From: an uncultured Flavobacteriaceae bacterium
Lineage (GTDB): Bacteria > Bacteroidota > Bacteroidia > Flavobacteriales > Weeksellaceae
Length of the DNA: 64,000 bases
Reading direction: 5' to 3'
Assembly: GCA_963506915.1 (NCBI GenBank)
Contig: CAUORE010000006.1
Coordinates: forward strand, 2,884-66,883
Notes under the pieces: generated by a model
What the model was told of the DNA's origin: nothing
What the model saw: only the letters and a program-made list of their open reading frames with translations
The model's database searches: none
Shown: piece after piece, positions 9,955 through 19,975 of the stretch
Layout: each line of letters begins with the position of its first letter
How positions within the stretch are numbered: the stretch's first letter is position 1
Translations under genes and position numbers: made by a program

Positions 9955-10734
9955 ATGAGCAAAGAACAAAATATGAATACCAGCCAAGGTCATTGGATTT
10001 TGGCAAAAATGGGCAAACGAGTGCTGCGCCCAGGAGGGAAGGAGCTGAGTATGAAGATGATAGAGGGACTGAATATCACTTCAAATGATGATGTGGTGGA
10101 GTTCGCGCCAGGATTGGGATTTACAGCAGGAATTACACTTAGTAAAAATCCTAAAAGCTATACAGGCGTAGAACTGAATGAAGAAGCGGCAGGCATTCTC
10201 AAAAACAGGCTGAAAGGAAAGGATTTTAAAATTATCATCGGAAATGCGGCGGAGTCCACCTTGGAGAGTAATAGTGTGGATAAAGTCTATGGAGAGGCGA
10301 TGCTTACAATGCATGCAGACCACAGAAAATCGGAAATTATCCGTGAAGCTTACCGAATTTTGAAACCTGGCGGATTCTACGGAATTCATGAACTTGGACT
10401 TACACCAAATGAGATACCAACGGAGAAAAAAGCCGAAATCCAAAAGGAACTAGCACTGGCAATAAAAGTCAATGCTCGTCCATTAACCGTTTCCGAATGG
10501 ACAGAACTTTTAGAAAAAGAAGGTTTTTCTGTGGTGAAAATAGAAACCAACCCAATGCATTTATTAGAACCCAAAAGAATAATAGATGATGAGGGATTTT
10601 TCAGAACGGTGAAAATTTTCTTTAACATAATGGCCAATCCATCTGCTAGGAAAAGAATCCTTGCGATGAGAAAAGTTTTCCGTGATAATGCACAAAACCT
10701 AAATGCCGTGGCGATTATCGCACAGAAAAAATAA
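9955..10734 (+). CDS. class I SAM-dependent methyltransferase
   Basis: 259 aa with motif I VVEFAPGLGFTA and post-I/II motifs (VDKVYGEAML, LKPGGFYGIHE). There is a 3-nt gap after the cupin gene. Confidence 0.75.
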   Translation: MSKEQNMNTSQGHWILAKMGKRVLRPGGKELSMKMIEGLNITSNDDVVEFAPGLGFTAGITLSKNPKSYTGVELNEEAAGILKNRLKGKDFKIIIGNAAESTLESNSVDKVYGEAMLTMHADHRKSEIIREAYRILKPGGFYGIHELGLTPNEIPTEKKAEIQKELALAIKVNARPLTVSEWTELLEKEGFSVVKIETNPMHLLEPKRIIDDEGFFRTVKIFFNIMANPSARKRILAMRKVFRDNAQNLNAVAIIAQKK

Positions 10735-10740
10735 TGAACA

Positions 10741-10766
10741 AAGCCTATTTTTATAGGCTTTTTTGT
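10741..10766. terminator. bidirectional terminator hairpin between convergent genes
   Basis: AAGCCTAT (10741-10748) pairs with ATAGGCTT (10753-10760) around a TTTT loop, followed by a T-run. Confidence 0.6.
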
Positions 10767-10768
10767 TT

Positions 10769-12505
10769 TTATTTATCTTTCTGCTTTTTATTTAAATCAG
10801 TGTAGTAACCGCCTTTGTTTAGGAGTTCTTGGTGAGTTCCCATTTCTACGATTTCGCCCTGATGCATCACGATGATTTTATCTGCTTTTTCTATCGTGGA
10901 GAGCCTGTGCGCGATGATGATGGAAGTCCTGTTTTTAGTGATTTTTTCTGTTGCTTTTTGAATCAGTTTTTCGGATTCGTGGTCTATGGAAGAAGTCGCT
11001 TCATCTAGAATGAGTATTTTAAGGTTAGCTAAATAAGCCCTTAGAAAAGATAGTAACTGTCTCTGTCCCAGTGAAATGGAGGAACCTCTTTCGCTTACGA
11101 TGAAATGATATCCATTGGGCAGTTTTTCTATGAAATCATTGACTTCTATTTCTTCCGCTGCCTTTTTTATTTCATCTAATGTGATATTTTTATTCCCTAA
11201 TGTAAGGTTTTCTGCAATGCTTTCTTGGAATAGGAAAACATCTTGCAGAACCACACCTATCTGGCTTCTGTAGTGGTATAGCTCGTAATCGTAGATATCG
11301 GTATCATCTACTAAAATTTGCCCATCAGTAATGTCATAAAGCCTTGTAATTAGGCTGATTATGGTAGATTTTCCTGCGCCAGTAGCACCTACGATGGCCA
11401 CGGTTTCGCCTGGATTTACAGTAAAATTTATTCCTTTTAGTACTTGCTGCTTTTCATCATAGGCGAATTTTACATTTCTAAACTCTATTTTTCCTTCCAA
11501 AGATTCTTTTTTGATAGTTCCTTTGTTCGGAGTGAGGTTTTCTTCCTCGTTCATGATTTTTAGAACTCGCTCGGCTCCTACCAGCCCTCTTTGGATATTG
11601 TTAAATCTATCGGCTATCTGTCGTAATGGTCTGACTAATAGTGAAATAAACTGAATGAAAGCGATGATATCTCCTGCGCCCACTTCTTTACCATTGATAA
11701 CATTATAACCCGCATAAACCAAGATAGTGCCGATGAATAGCGAGGCAAGTAAATCCACAACGGGAAAGAACAGAGAAAAATAAAATACCGTTTTCAGTAA
11801 GGCATTTTTCAGTTCTATATTGATTTTGTCAAATTTGTCAAATTCTGCTTTCTGTCTGTTAAATACTTGAATAATGGACATTCCAGCCAGTCTTTCCTGC
11901 ACAAAACTGTTTTGGACAGAAGTAAGATTTCGTTCCGTAGAAAACGAGACTTTTAGTTTTTTCTGAAAAAATCTTGTGATAAGATACATCAGAGGAAGCA
12001 TTAACAAGACAATGTAGCTGAGTTCCTTATTCACCATAAACATAGTCCCGATGACCATCACCACGCGCAGAACATCACCAAAAACCATCAGAAAACCATC
12101 TGTATAGACCACCGCTACGGTTTCTACATCTCCCACGGCACGAGTGACCAGACTCCCAATCGGAGTTTTGTCAAAAAATGAAGTTTTGAAATGAATCAAC
12201 TTCGCATAAAGGCGTTCGCGGATGTCCCGAATCACCGATTGAGCAATGAAATTAGAAAGATAATACAGCATCACCTGCAGGAAAGTTTCCAAAAGAACCA
12301 GCCCTAATAGCAGATAAATCCCGTTCATCAGCTCTGTTCGGCTTTTTTCTTTGATAATGACCAAATCCACTATTTCTTTGGTAAGAATAGGTCGGTAGGT
12401 GGAGATAAACGCCACTGCAAGGGAAATAAGCAAAGTGATGATGAACCACTTTTTAAATTTCAGTCCGATGAAAAATAATTTTTTTATGATAGTGCTGTTG
12501 CTCAT
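10769..12505 (-). CDS. ABC exporter, fused permease/ATPase (MsbA-like)
   Basis: 578 aa with six N-terminal TM helices, Walker A GATGAGKST, signature LSLGQRQ and Walker B ILILDEATS. Confidence 0.85.
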   Translation of the reverse strand: MSNSTIIKKLFFIGLKFKKWFIITLLISLAVAFISTYRPILTKEIVDLVIIKEKSRTELMNGIYLLLGLVLLETFLQVMLYYLSNFIAQSVIRDIRERLYAKLIHFKTSFFDKTPIGSLVTRAVGDVETVAVVYTDGFLMVFGDVLRVVMVIGTMFMVNKELSYIVLLMLPLMYLITRFFQKKLKVSFSTERNLTSVQNSFVQERLAGMSIIQVFNRQKAEFDKFDKINIELKNALLKTVFYFSLFFPVVDLLASLFIGTILVYAGYNVINGKEVGAGDIIAFIQFISLLVRPLRQIADRFNNIQRGLVGAERVLKIMNEEENLTPNKGTIKKESLEGKIEFRNVKFAYDEKQQVLKGINFTVNPGETVAIVGATGAGKSTIISLITRLYDITDGQILVDDTDIYDYELYHYRSQIGVVLQDVFLFQESIAENLTLGNKNITLDEIKKAAEEIEVNDFIEKLPNGYHFIVSERGSSISLGQRQLLSFLRAYLANLKILILDEATSSIDHESEKLIQKATEKITKNRTSIIIAHRLSTIEKADKIIVMHQGEIVEMGTHQELLNKGGYYTDLNKKQKDK

Positions 12506-12529
12506 ATTTCGTGTAAAATGTAAATAAAA

Positions 12530-14662
12530 CTATAAATTCTTATTGCTCAGGTATTTGTAATGATTCCAAAGCAGCCTAATCTCATGATAGTCAAAATCAT
12601 CAGGGAGGATTTCTTTCCATTCATTCAGGCTGTTTTGTGGCTGAGCGTTAAAAGTTTTTTCAAAAATACTTATTTTTTCAGAACTTATAATTCTAGATAA
12701 ATCCAAAACGCCCTGATCAGCGAATTTAGCCAAATGTCCTACGATGGTGCTGGGCGCGAGGGCTCTTTCTTTCGCTATTTCATCAATGTTTTTCCCTTGT
12801 TCAAAGAGTTTGTAGGTGATGATATGAGTCGGAATTTTTGCGATTTTTGTGCTAATTTTCTCATCTTTATCAGCATCAAATAACTCCGTTTCTAAAAGTT
12901 TCGTTAATTTCAAATCATTTAAATAATCTTCCGTGTCACTCAGCCAGATTTTGAGAAATTCATTATGTTCTTTAAGACCTTTTTCATTTTTTATCTCGGA
13001 ATAAAACTGTTTCAAAGGCTCAAAAACTTGGTCTTTTATTTTCTCAAAGAAAAAATGGACTCCGCCTTTTGCTTTCCTTTCTATTTCTTGCCATTCTTCT
13101 TGTCCGTGTGTGAATTTGGTCGCTTTTTGAAGCAGGATTTTCTCAAATTTTTCACAGACTTTTATTAGTTCTTTTATATTGGTTTTCAGTGAGATATATA
13201 GAGTTTGAGTTTTCTCTTTGCTGAGTTTCTTTGAGCTTTTCGCAATATCATACCAATCTTCCAGAGATTGTAAGAACCAGCCGCAATCGGTGTATTTTAG
13301 GACTTTTTTGATGCTGTAATGGTATTTTTCAGCCTCTATGATTTGTTCTATTTTGTCATTCGCCTTTGTATCTTCCTGAAAATGAGATATTCTATCATCT
13401 TTGAAAATAACCGAAGGTGTGATTTTGGATTTTAGATAAATCCCTTCCAAAGTCCTGCATCGAGAAAGTGCCACATAGACCTGCCCAGAGGTGAAACTCT
13501 GCCCAGCATCTATGATAAGCCTGTCAAAAGTGAGTCCTTGACTTTTGTGGATGGTAACTGCCCACGCCAAACGGATAGGCAGCTGCTCAAAACTTCCAGT
13601 GACTTCTTCTTTTATCTGTTTGTCCTCTCCCAGAGTGTATTTTTTCTGTTCCCAGACTTCTTTTTTTATTTCTAGTTCCTCATCGCTTCCATCCAGAATT
13701 GCGAAAACTTTATCTTCTGTAAGGCGTGATATTTCGGCGAGTTTGCCGTTGTAGTATTTTCTGTCGCCAGAAGTGTCATTTCGGATAAACATCACCTGCG
13801 CACCTACTTTCAGTTCCAAAGTTTCATCATTTGGAAACATATTTTCCTTAAAATCTCCGAAAACAGAAGCGTTATAGAAAAATGAAGGCGTTTTTAACTC
13901 GTTGATTTTCTTTTGGTTAATGCTGTCCGCCATTTTGTTATGTGAACAGAGATGAACGAAAGCTTCTCCATTAGGCTCAAAATCAGGGAAATACCTTTTG
14001 TTTAACTTATTGAAATCCACCAATTTGCTGTTTCCATCACGAATCGCATTCAGCAGGTCTAAAAATTCTTTATCTTTTTGCCTAAAAACCTCGGTCAGCT
14101 CTATCGTTAGTAAATCCATTTCCTCCAAAGCTTTAGCATTAAAGAAGAAAGGCGAGGAGTAGTACCGCTGAAGGATATACTCGCTGTCTTCCCGAATAAC
14201 AGGCGGAAGCTGGAATAAATCTCCCACGAAAAGCAGCTGCACACCTCCGAATTTCTGCTGATTTCTTCGGGCTGTCCTAAGGGCAAAATCCATCATATCT
14301 AGGACATCAGCTCTGAGCATAGAAACTTCGTCTATGATGATGATTTCCACCTCGCGCAGGAGTTTTAGTTTGTCTTTTCTGTATCTGAAATGAGGAAGCA
14401 GGTCTGAAATGTTATTAGCAATATTAGCATCTACCCTGTCTACCGTAGGGACAAAGGGTCTGAGAGGTAGCCCAAACATAGAGTGGATAGTGACACCGCC
14501 AGCATTGATAGCCGTGATGCCTGTGGGAGCCACTATGATATGATTTTTCCGAGATTTCTTCACGAAATCATTCAGAAAGGTGGTTTTTCCTGTTCCCGCC
14601 CTCCCTGTAAGGAAAACATTACGATTGGTATTTTCTATTAAATCAAATATATGCTCATTCAT
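12530..14662 (-). CDS. Pif1/RecD-family SF1 helicase with C-terminal HTH extension
   Basis: 710 aa with Walker A GRAGTGKTT, Walker B IIIDEVSM, VGDLFQLPPV and TIHKSQGLTFD. A C-terminal extension of about 270 aa ends in the HTH-like segment IAKERALAPSTIVGHLAKF. Confidence 0.75.
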   Translation of the reverse strand: MNEHIFDLIENTNRNVFLTGRAGTGKTTFLNDFVKKSRKNHIIVAPTGITAINAGGVTIHSMFGLPLRPFVPTVDRVDANIANNISDLLPHFRYRKDKLKLLREVEIIIIDEVSMLRADVLDMMDFALRTARRNQQKFGGVQLLFVGDLFQLPPVIREDSEYILQRYYSSPFFFNAKALEEMDLLTIELTEVFRQKDKEFLDLLNAIRDGNSKLVDFNKLNKRYFPDFEPNGEAFVHLCSHNKMADSINQKKINELKTPSFFYNASVFGDFKENMFPNDETLELKVGAQVMFIRNDTSGDRKYYNGKLAEISRLTEDKVFAILDGSDEELEIKKEVWEQKKYTLGEDKQIKEEVTGSFEQLPIRLAWAVTIHKSQGLTFDRLIIDAGQSFTSGQVYVALSRCRTLEGIYLKSKITPSVIFKDDRISHFQEDTKANDKIEQIIEAEKYHYSIKKVLKYTDCGWFLQSLEDWYDIAKSSKKLSKEKTQTLYISLKTNIKELIKVCEKFEKILLQKATKFTHGQEEWQEIERKAKGGVHFFFEKIKDQVFEPLKQFYSEIKNEKGLKEHNEFLKIWLSDTEDYLNDLKLTKLLETELFDADKDEKISTKIAKIPTHIITYKLFEQGKNIDEIAKERALAPSTIVGHLAKFADQGVLDLSRIISSEKISIFEKTFNAQPQNSLNEWKEILPDDFDYHEIRLLWNHYKYLSNKNL

Positions 14663-14726
14663 AGGCTCGTGTGGTGTATTTTGCTAAAAACAAAACGAAT
14701 AGAAATTGGTTCTATTCGTTGAATTT

Positions 14727-15019
14727 CTAATGAAATTTATTATTGCCTTTATAAACAATCACTTCTGCATTCTTTTCTTTGACCAAATCTACGAAATTGA
14801 TAAAATGTTCCGACTGGTTATGCAGGTTTGGGCATCTTGGCTTTCCCAAGTTTCACTCATGATGAAATGCCCTTTGGTATCTATATCTTCTATCAGATTG
14901 TACTTGATACAGCCTTTTTCTTTTCGGCTTTCTTCTACTAAAACTTTTAAGCTGTCAAGGATTTTGGATACTTGTTCAGCCTTGAATTTTATCAGTGCAA
15001 TTACTTCTAAATTTTTCAT
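14727..15019 (-). pseudogene. ABM-domain (antibiotic biosynthesis monooxygenase-like) gene with a -1 frameshift
   Basis: MKNLEVIALIKFKAE...GHFIMSETWESQDAQ then goes out of frame. The adjacent frame continues LHNQSEHFINFVDLVKEKNAEVIVYKGNNKFH to the stop at 14727. The span is 293 nt, which is not a multiple of 3. The shift sits at the short A/C homopolymers around 14824-14831. Confidence 0.7.
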
Positions 15020-15052
15020 AAAGAAAAAAAATATCTTCCACAAAGATACTAA

Positions 15053-16060
15053 TTATCTAGGAATTTCTATATTTTCTAAAATTTGTCTGATGATTTCATC
15101 CGTGGTAAGCCCTTCCATTTCTCTCTCAGGAGAAACCATTACACGATGGCGAAGCACTGCATAGCTGGCTTCTTTTATATCCTCTGGAGTTACGAAATCT
15201 CTTCCTCTTATCGCTGCGAAAGCTTTTGAAGCCGTAAGAAGAGCCAAACTCGCTCTCGGTGAAGCACCTAAATACAGGAACTGATTTTCACGAGTGTTGA
15301 TAACCAGTTTCGCGATGTATTCTATCAAATGAGGCTCTACAATAATCTCTTTTACAAGGTTTTGGAATCTTTTCAGCTGTTCGCCTGAGATTACAGTATT
15401 GATGGCTACTGTTTTGTCCGAAGACTTGTCTTGATGCTGGTTTTGGATAATGGTAATTTCCTGCTCCAGATTAGGATAGCCCACATTTATTTTAAATAAA
15501 AATCTGTCCAGCTGGGCTTCTGGAAGTCGGTAAGTTCCCTCTTGTTCTATCGGGTTTTGGGTAGCCACTACCAAGAAAGGAAGTTCCATAGGATAGCGCG
15601 TTCCGTCCATAGTGATTTGTCTTTCCTCCATCACCTCAAAAAGTGCTGCTTGAGTTTTTGCAGGAGAACGGTTAATCTCATCTATAAGGATAAAATTAGA
15701 AAAAATAGGCCCTTTTTTGAACTCAAATTCAGAGGTTTTCACATTGAAAACAGATGTTCCCAAAATGTCCGAAGGCATAAGGTCTGGCGTGAACTGTATC
15801 CTGCTGAAATCGACAGAGATAGTCTTAGCAAGGAGTTTGGCAGTGATGGTTTTTGCCACTCCTGGGACGCCCTCTATCAGGACGTGCCCGTTAGAAAGAA
15901 GGGCAGCGAGGAGATGCTCTATCATGCTCTCTTGTCCTACGATGACTTTTCCTATTTCGGCTTTTATTTTTTCTAAACTTTCGTGGAGTTCTGTCATATC
16001 TATTCTTGACTGGAACTGTGTAGCTGGAGTTTCTGGGTGTTCATTTTCTATATTTTCCAT
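15053..16060 (-). CDS. MoxR-family AAA+ ATPase
   Basis: 335 aa with VLIEGVPGVAKT, ILIDEINR and ATQNPIEQEGTYRLPEAQLDRF (AAA_3 signature). Confidence 0.9.
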   Translation of the reverse strand: MENIENEHPETPATQFQSRIDMTELHESLEKIKAEIGKVIVGQESMIEHLLAALLSNGHVLIEGVPGVAKTITAKLLAKTISVDFSRIQFTPDLMPSDILGTSVFNVKTSEFEFKKGPIFSNFILIDEINRSPAKTQAALFEVMEERQITMDGTRYPMELPFLVVATQNPIEQEGTYRLPEAQLDRFLFKINVGYPNLEQEITIIQNQHQDKSSDKTVAINTVISGEQLKRFQNLVKEIIVEPHLIEYIAKLVINTRENQFLYLGASPRASLALLTASKAFAAIRGRDFVTPEDIKEASYAVLRHRVMVSPEREMEGLTTDEIIRQILENIEIPR

Positions 16061-16063
16061 TTC

Positions 16064-17233
16064 TTATGATTTTAAAATTTTATCTAAAACTTCGTTTATT
16101 TTCGCTAAATCAGAGTGTTTTATTCCACTGTGCTGATTTTGTGTTTTGTTTATTAAATCTACAGCTTCCTGTATCAGTTCTATGTTTTTCCCTGTTTTTA
16201 GGTGTAATTTTTTGATGAAATTATCATCCAAATGCTGGGTATCAATCATTAAATCCAATCTTACTTTGTTGAGGAAATATTGGATTTTTTTCTGAGCCAT
16301 ATCATGCGGTGTTCCCTCTTGTAAATAGAGGTTCCCGATACTTTTCACGAACTCTACGGACTTGTTTTTCAGAGGTTCTATGATAGGGACTATTCTCTGT
16401 TTTCTTCTAATATTAAATAATGCAAAAAGCAGTAATCCCACCAGAAGCAGCTGCCATGCGTGTCTGAGATTGTCATTCTGAAGGATAAATCTCAGCGGCG
16501 ACTGGGATTCTCTTTTTTTATTATAATTTTCTATAAACCAAACAGTTTTGTTATTTGGAAGGTATGAAAATATATTTTCTACATACTTATGTCCTTCGGG
16601 TTTTAGGAGGTAATAATTGGTCAGAATAAGCGGCTCCGAATGAAGATAAAAATTACCTTTTCCAAAAGGAACTTGGATAAAATTAAAACTTACTTTCTTC
16701 CCATCTTTTTCGATGTAACCTAAAATTTTCTGACCAGAGTTTATTTCTTTAAAACCTGTTCCAGAAGGCGCTTTATCTATCAAGATGCTGTTTTTCATTT
16801 TTTTGTCTAATAGATGGAAAGTCAGCTTTTTATCTTCATCAATGTCATTCAGATATTCGTAAGATACATCTATGGTGTCAGGGAGGGAGTAGAAAACTTT
16901 ATTGATAACCAATACATTAGCACCTTTTTCTGTTTGTTCTAAGATTTTTTTCCAAGACTCATCATCAAAATGTTTGTTGAAAACCAGAATGTTATGAGCA
17001 GGAAGGTTAGGGTTTTGTTTGTAATAATTAAACGGCGATTCCTCCACACGCTCTACATTTTTGAGAAGCCCATTTACTTCTTGGTTGAAAACATACAGCC
17101 CAAAGGGAGTTTTCTTATGAATGTCAAAGTTTTTCCGCCAGTCTATGACCTCGGTTTTATTGACTTCCATCAGTCCCAGTATCACCAAAACGATGACAAG
17201 TATTATTCCATAAATTCTAAATGTTTTGTTCAT
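16064..17233 (-). CDS. DUF4350-like membrane-anchored protein of the MoxR module
   Basis: 389 aa with an N-terminal TM, a second TM near residue 260 and a 3-nt gap to moxR. The family call comes from architecture and conserved context and was not verified by alignment. Confidence 0.45.
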   Translation of the reverse strand: MNKTFRIYGIILVIVLVILGLMEVNKTEVIDWRKNFDIHKKTPFGLYVFNQEVNGLLKNVERVEESPFNYYKQNPNLPAHNILVFNKHFDDESWKKILEQTEKGANVLVINKVFYSLPDTIDVSYEYLNDIDEDKKLTFHLLDKKMKNSILIDKAPSGTGFKEINSGQKILGYIEKDGKKVSFNFIQVPFGKGNFYLHSEPLILTNYYLLKPEGHKYVENIFSYLPNNKTVWFIENYNKKRESQSPLRFILQNDNLRHAWQLLLVGLLLFALFNIRRKQRIVPIIEPLKNKSVEFVKSIGNLYLQEGTPHDMAQKKIQYFLNKVRLDLMIDTQHLDDNFIKKLHLKTGKNIELIQEAVDLINKTQNQHSGIKHSDLAKINEVLDKILKS

Positions 17234-17238
17234 TCAGC

Positions 17239-18042
17239 TTATATTTTTTCATGAAAAACCGACCATTTTTCTTTCATTTTGTGGTAGGAATTTTCATCAA
17301 TTTCAAATTCGCCATACCATACATAATCAAAGATTTTAGTAGCATCTCGGAATTTTCCTTGCAGTTGTTTTTCTTTGATTTCGGTCATGTAGTCTCGGTT
17401 GGTCTTTTCAGGATTCCATTCTATGATGTTTTTGTCTGCTAATATTTTTAAAATCCAAAGAAACTGATACCTCACCGCATATCTGAAATCACGATTTCTT
17501 TCATAGCCTTTGATGCTTTCCTGAAAGTTGATTTCATGGATGTTTTCATGAAGTTCGTTCACTTCTATATTGATTTTTTTGTTTTTCTTTCCAAAGAAGA
17601 AGCTGCCCTCTTTTGAGATAAGGAATTTTATCAAGAAATAAAGCACAAAACCTATGATGATAATGGCTAAAAACCTCATTATGCTTTCCGCAAAATCAAA
17701 AGGCTTATTAGAATTGATACTTCCAAAAATAGATTCTAAAAGTTCTATGAATTTTCTTTGCAGCCTTTCCCAAAGAGATTCTCTTGGTTTGGTAGCGGTA
17801 TAGTCATACTCTTTGGACTTATACTTGTTTTTATAGTTTTCTGGAAAAGTTTTAGGGAAAATTACATCATCGGTTTCCTTTATGGAGTTCAGTAAAGAAT
17901 CCATTTTCCGCTCCTCATAGGCATTATTATCTAATATCTCCTCTGGAACATCATCTAGTTCTATTTCATCTGTTGAAGCTTGTCCGTGAAAAAGCCCTAA
18001 ACTGCCGAAGAAAATTAAAAGTGCAACAAACTTAAATCTCAT
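17239..18042 (-). CDS. DUF4129 domain protein
   Basis: Start trimmed to ATG 18042 (MRFKFVALLIFFGSLGLFHG, signal/TM). The C-terminal segment RDFRYAVRYQFLWILKILADKNIIEWNPEKTNRDY looks like DUF4129. Its start overlaps the upstream stop. Confidence 0.55.
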   Translation of the reverse strand: MRFKFVALLIFFGSLGLFHGQASTDEIELDDVPEEILDNNAYEERKMDSLLNSIKETDDVIFPKTFPENYKNKYKSKEYDYTATKPRESLWERLQRKFIELLESIFGSINSNKPFDFAESIMRFLAIIIIGFVLYFLIKFLISKEGSFFFGKKNKKINIEVNELHENIHEINFQESIKGYERNRDFRYAVRYQFLWILKILADKNIIEWNPEKTNRDYMTEIKEKQLQGKFRDATKIFDYVWYGEFEIDENSYHKMKEKWSVFHEKI

Positions 18043-18991
18043 TCCGTCCAATAGTTTCGATTTCAGATAAATCCATTTTTCTATGAAGGTCAGTGCGGTT
18101 GTCATAGTACATCAGTCCAGCATTTACATAAATCAAATTATTCGCTAAAAAACTAATGAACATCACCACTGCATAAATGATAATCAATACAAAAGCTGTC
18201 CCGCTGCCACTATCTGAATCATATGCATCTCCTACACTCAAGGCCCCTAATATAGTGAAAAACATAGGGATAAAGGTAAATATAGAGATTACCGTTTGTA
18301 TGATAAAATATGTAACTACTGTAGAGCCCCAATATTTCCAAAAAGGTGATTTTCCTTCTCTGTTCGGATAGTTAAACTGAGCAGAGATAGCATAGGAAAG
18401 AGAACCAAAGAAGCCTCGTTCCGTGTGGAAATAATCAAACAGAAGGAAATTGATAGTATTCATCACGATAGGAGCCAAAAAGAAAATCAAAATCAGTCCT
18501 ATCAGTAAGAAAACCAATAAGAAACTAATACCAAAAACGATCACAACCAAAGGAAGAATGATAAACAATAATCCTAAAAATAAGATAAGAATTTTCCCTG
18601 CATTTTTCTTCAGGTCGTTCAGTATTTCATCGGTTTTGATGTCTGTACTTCCCGTTTCGCTGACTCTTTTCATGTATAGCACTGGGAAACAGTAATTGAT
18701 AATAGCCGCTGCCAAAAACAATATGAAAATCAGCGATGTTATTAAAATCAAAGTTCCTATATTCTCCTCAAAATATTCCTCAAAATATCGGCTTTGTCCT
18801 TCCATATTAGAACCAAACATCTGAGAAAAAAACTCGCGGTAGCCCACTACTGCCAGCACCATCATCAGTATCAGTATCAGCCCGTTTATCAAGAAATAAT
18901 TCTTAAAATAGTTCTTTCCATAGATTTTGAAGAACGCAAAAGAATCGGAAATCAAACCACCGAAATCTCTTCTTTTATAAAATTCAAACAT
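18032..18991 (-). CDS. polytopic membrane protein, unknown function
   Basis: 319 aa with about six TM helices. It overlaps the upstream SpoIIM-like gene by 8 nt (ATGTTTGA), suggesting translational coupling. Confidence 0.5.
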   Translation of the reverse strand: MFEFYKRRDFGGLISDSFAFFKIYGKNYFKNYFLINGLILILMMVLAVVGYREFFSQMFGSNMEGQSRYFEEYFEENIGTLILITSLIFILFLAAAIINYCFPVLYMKRVSETGSTDIKTDEILNDLKKNAGKILILFLGLLFIILPLVVIVFGISFLLVFLLIGLILIFFLAPIVMNTINFLLFDYFHTERGFFGSLSYAISAQFNYPNREGKSPFWKYWGSTVVTYFIIQTVISIFTFIPMFFTILGALSVGDAYDSDSGSGTAFVLIIIYAVVMFISFLANNLIYVNAGLMYYDNRTDLHRKMDLSEIETIGRNEI

Positions 18992-19952
18992 TGTTTTTTA
19001 ATTTTTTATTAACATAATAAGGATACACAAAATAATAAAAACTAATGAACGCCAGCATTCCCAAAATCAAAACAGAATTGAAAAACTCATTCATTTTCAA
19101 AGCATAGCGGGTGACAAATCCTTCTAAAATTCCTGCAATAATAGTAAAAGGAATGGTGCTGACAAATATTTTGATGGCATTTTTTGCTCCTATTTTAAAG
19201 GAATTAAACCTAGAATAAGTTTTTGGAAACAAAATAGAACTACCCAGCATAAGCCCTGCCATAGCCTCTACCACCATACTGAAAATCTCAAAAACTCCAT
19301 GAATCCAGATACCTCTCATACTGTCTTCCAACGCTCCATGCTGATAGAAAAAATACTGAAAAGCCCCCAGCATAATGCAGTTATACAAGAAATAAAGCAG
19401 TGTTCCCAGCCCTGCGAAAACCCCTAAAATAAATAAATAAGCACCCACACGGAGGTTGTTTAGGATAATGGCAACAGCACTCCCAAAGTTGGAGCCTTGC
19501 TGATAAACACCCACAGCATTGCCTTTTTCTATGTTTTCTATGGTCATATTGACATAGCCTTCCCCTAAAATAAGCTCCACAAATGTAGTGTCATAATGAG
19601 CCGATAGAACGCCTATTCCTGTGAAAATCAAGAAAAAACAAAAAGCGTAAAGCAAGAATTTATAATTTTCATACACCAAAAGAGGAACTTCCGTTTTAAA
19701 GAAATATAAAAGCCTATTTTGCTCTATTCTCTTGGTTTTGTAGATTTTTTGAAAAATCTGGCTGGAGAGATGGTTTAGATAAATGGTAGTGTTACTTTTC
19801 GGGTAATAAGTCTGTGAAAAAGACAAATCATTGACCAAGTTTATATACAAAGAAGACAGGTCATCTGGATTTTTTTTAATTTTTCCATCAATAACCTGCT
19901 CTATTTCCAACCATTTTTCTTTATTTTGCCTAATAAAAAAAACTTCTCTCAT
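18984..19952 (-). CDS. stage II sporulation protein M-like (DUF95) membrane protein
   Basis: 322 aa. It has an N-terminal soluble part, then several TM helices with a glycine-rich helix (AYLFILGVFAGLGTLLY) and FEIFSMVVEAMAG, as in SpoIIM/DUF95. Confidence 0.55.
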   Translation of the reverse strand: MREVFFIRQNKEKWLEIEQVIDGKIKKNPDDLSSLYINLVNDLSFSQTYYPKSNTTIYLNHLSSQIFQKIYKTKRIEQNRLLYFFKTEVPLLVYENYKFLLYAFCFFLIFTGIGVLSAHYDTTFVELILGEGYVNMTIENIEKGNAVGVYQQGSNFGSAVAIILNNLRVGAYLFILGVFAGLGTLLYFLYNCIMLGAFQYFFYQHGALEDSMRGIWIHGVFEIFSMVVEAMAGLMLGSSILFPKTYSRFNSFKIGAKNAIKIFVSTIPFTIIAGILEGFVTRYALKMNEFFNSVLILGMLAFISFYYFVYPYYVNKKLKNNV

Positions 19953-19975
19953 AATTCGGCTAAATTAGTAAAAAT

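Noticed and set aside
18043-18105. Longer start for the DUF4129 gene (track start 18105), and similar 5-prime extensions for the porin (43204) and lipoprotein (61311) ORFs.
   Set aside because: The extensions overlap upstream genes or lack signal peptides. Internal ATGs (18042, 43150, 61365) give canonical signal or lipoprotein N-termini.
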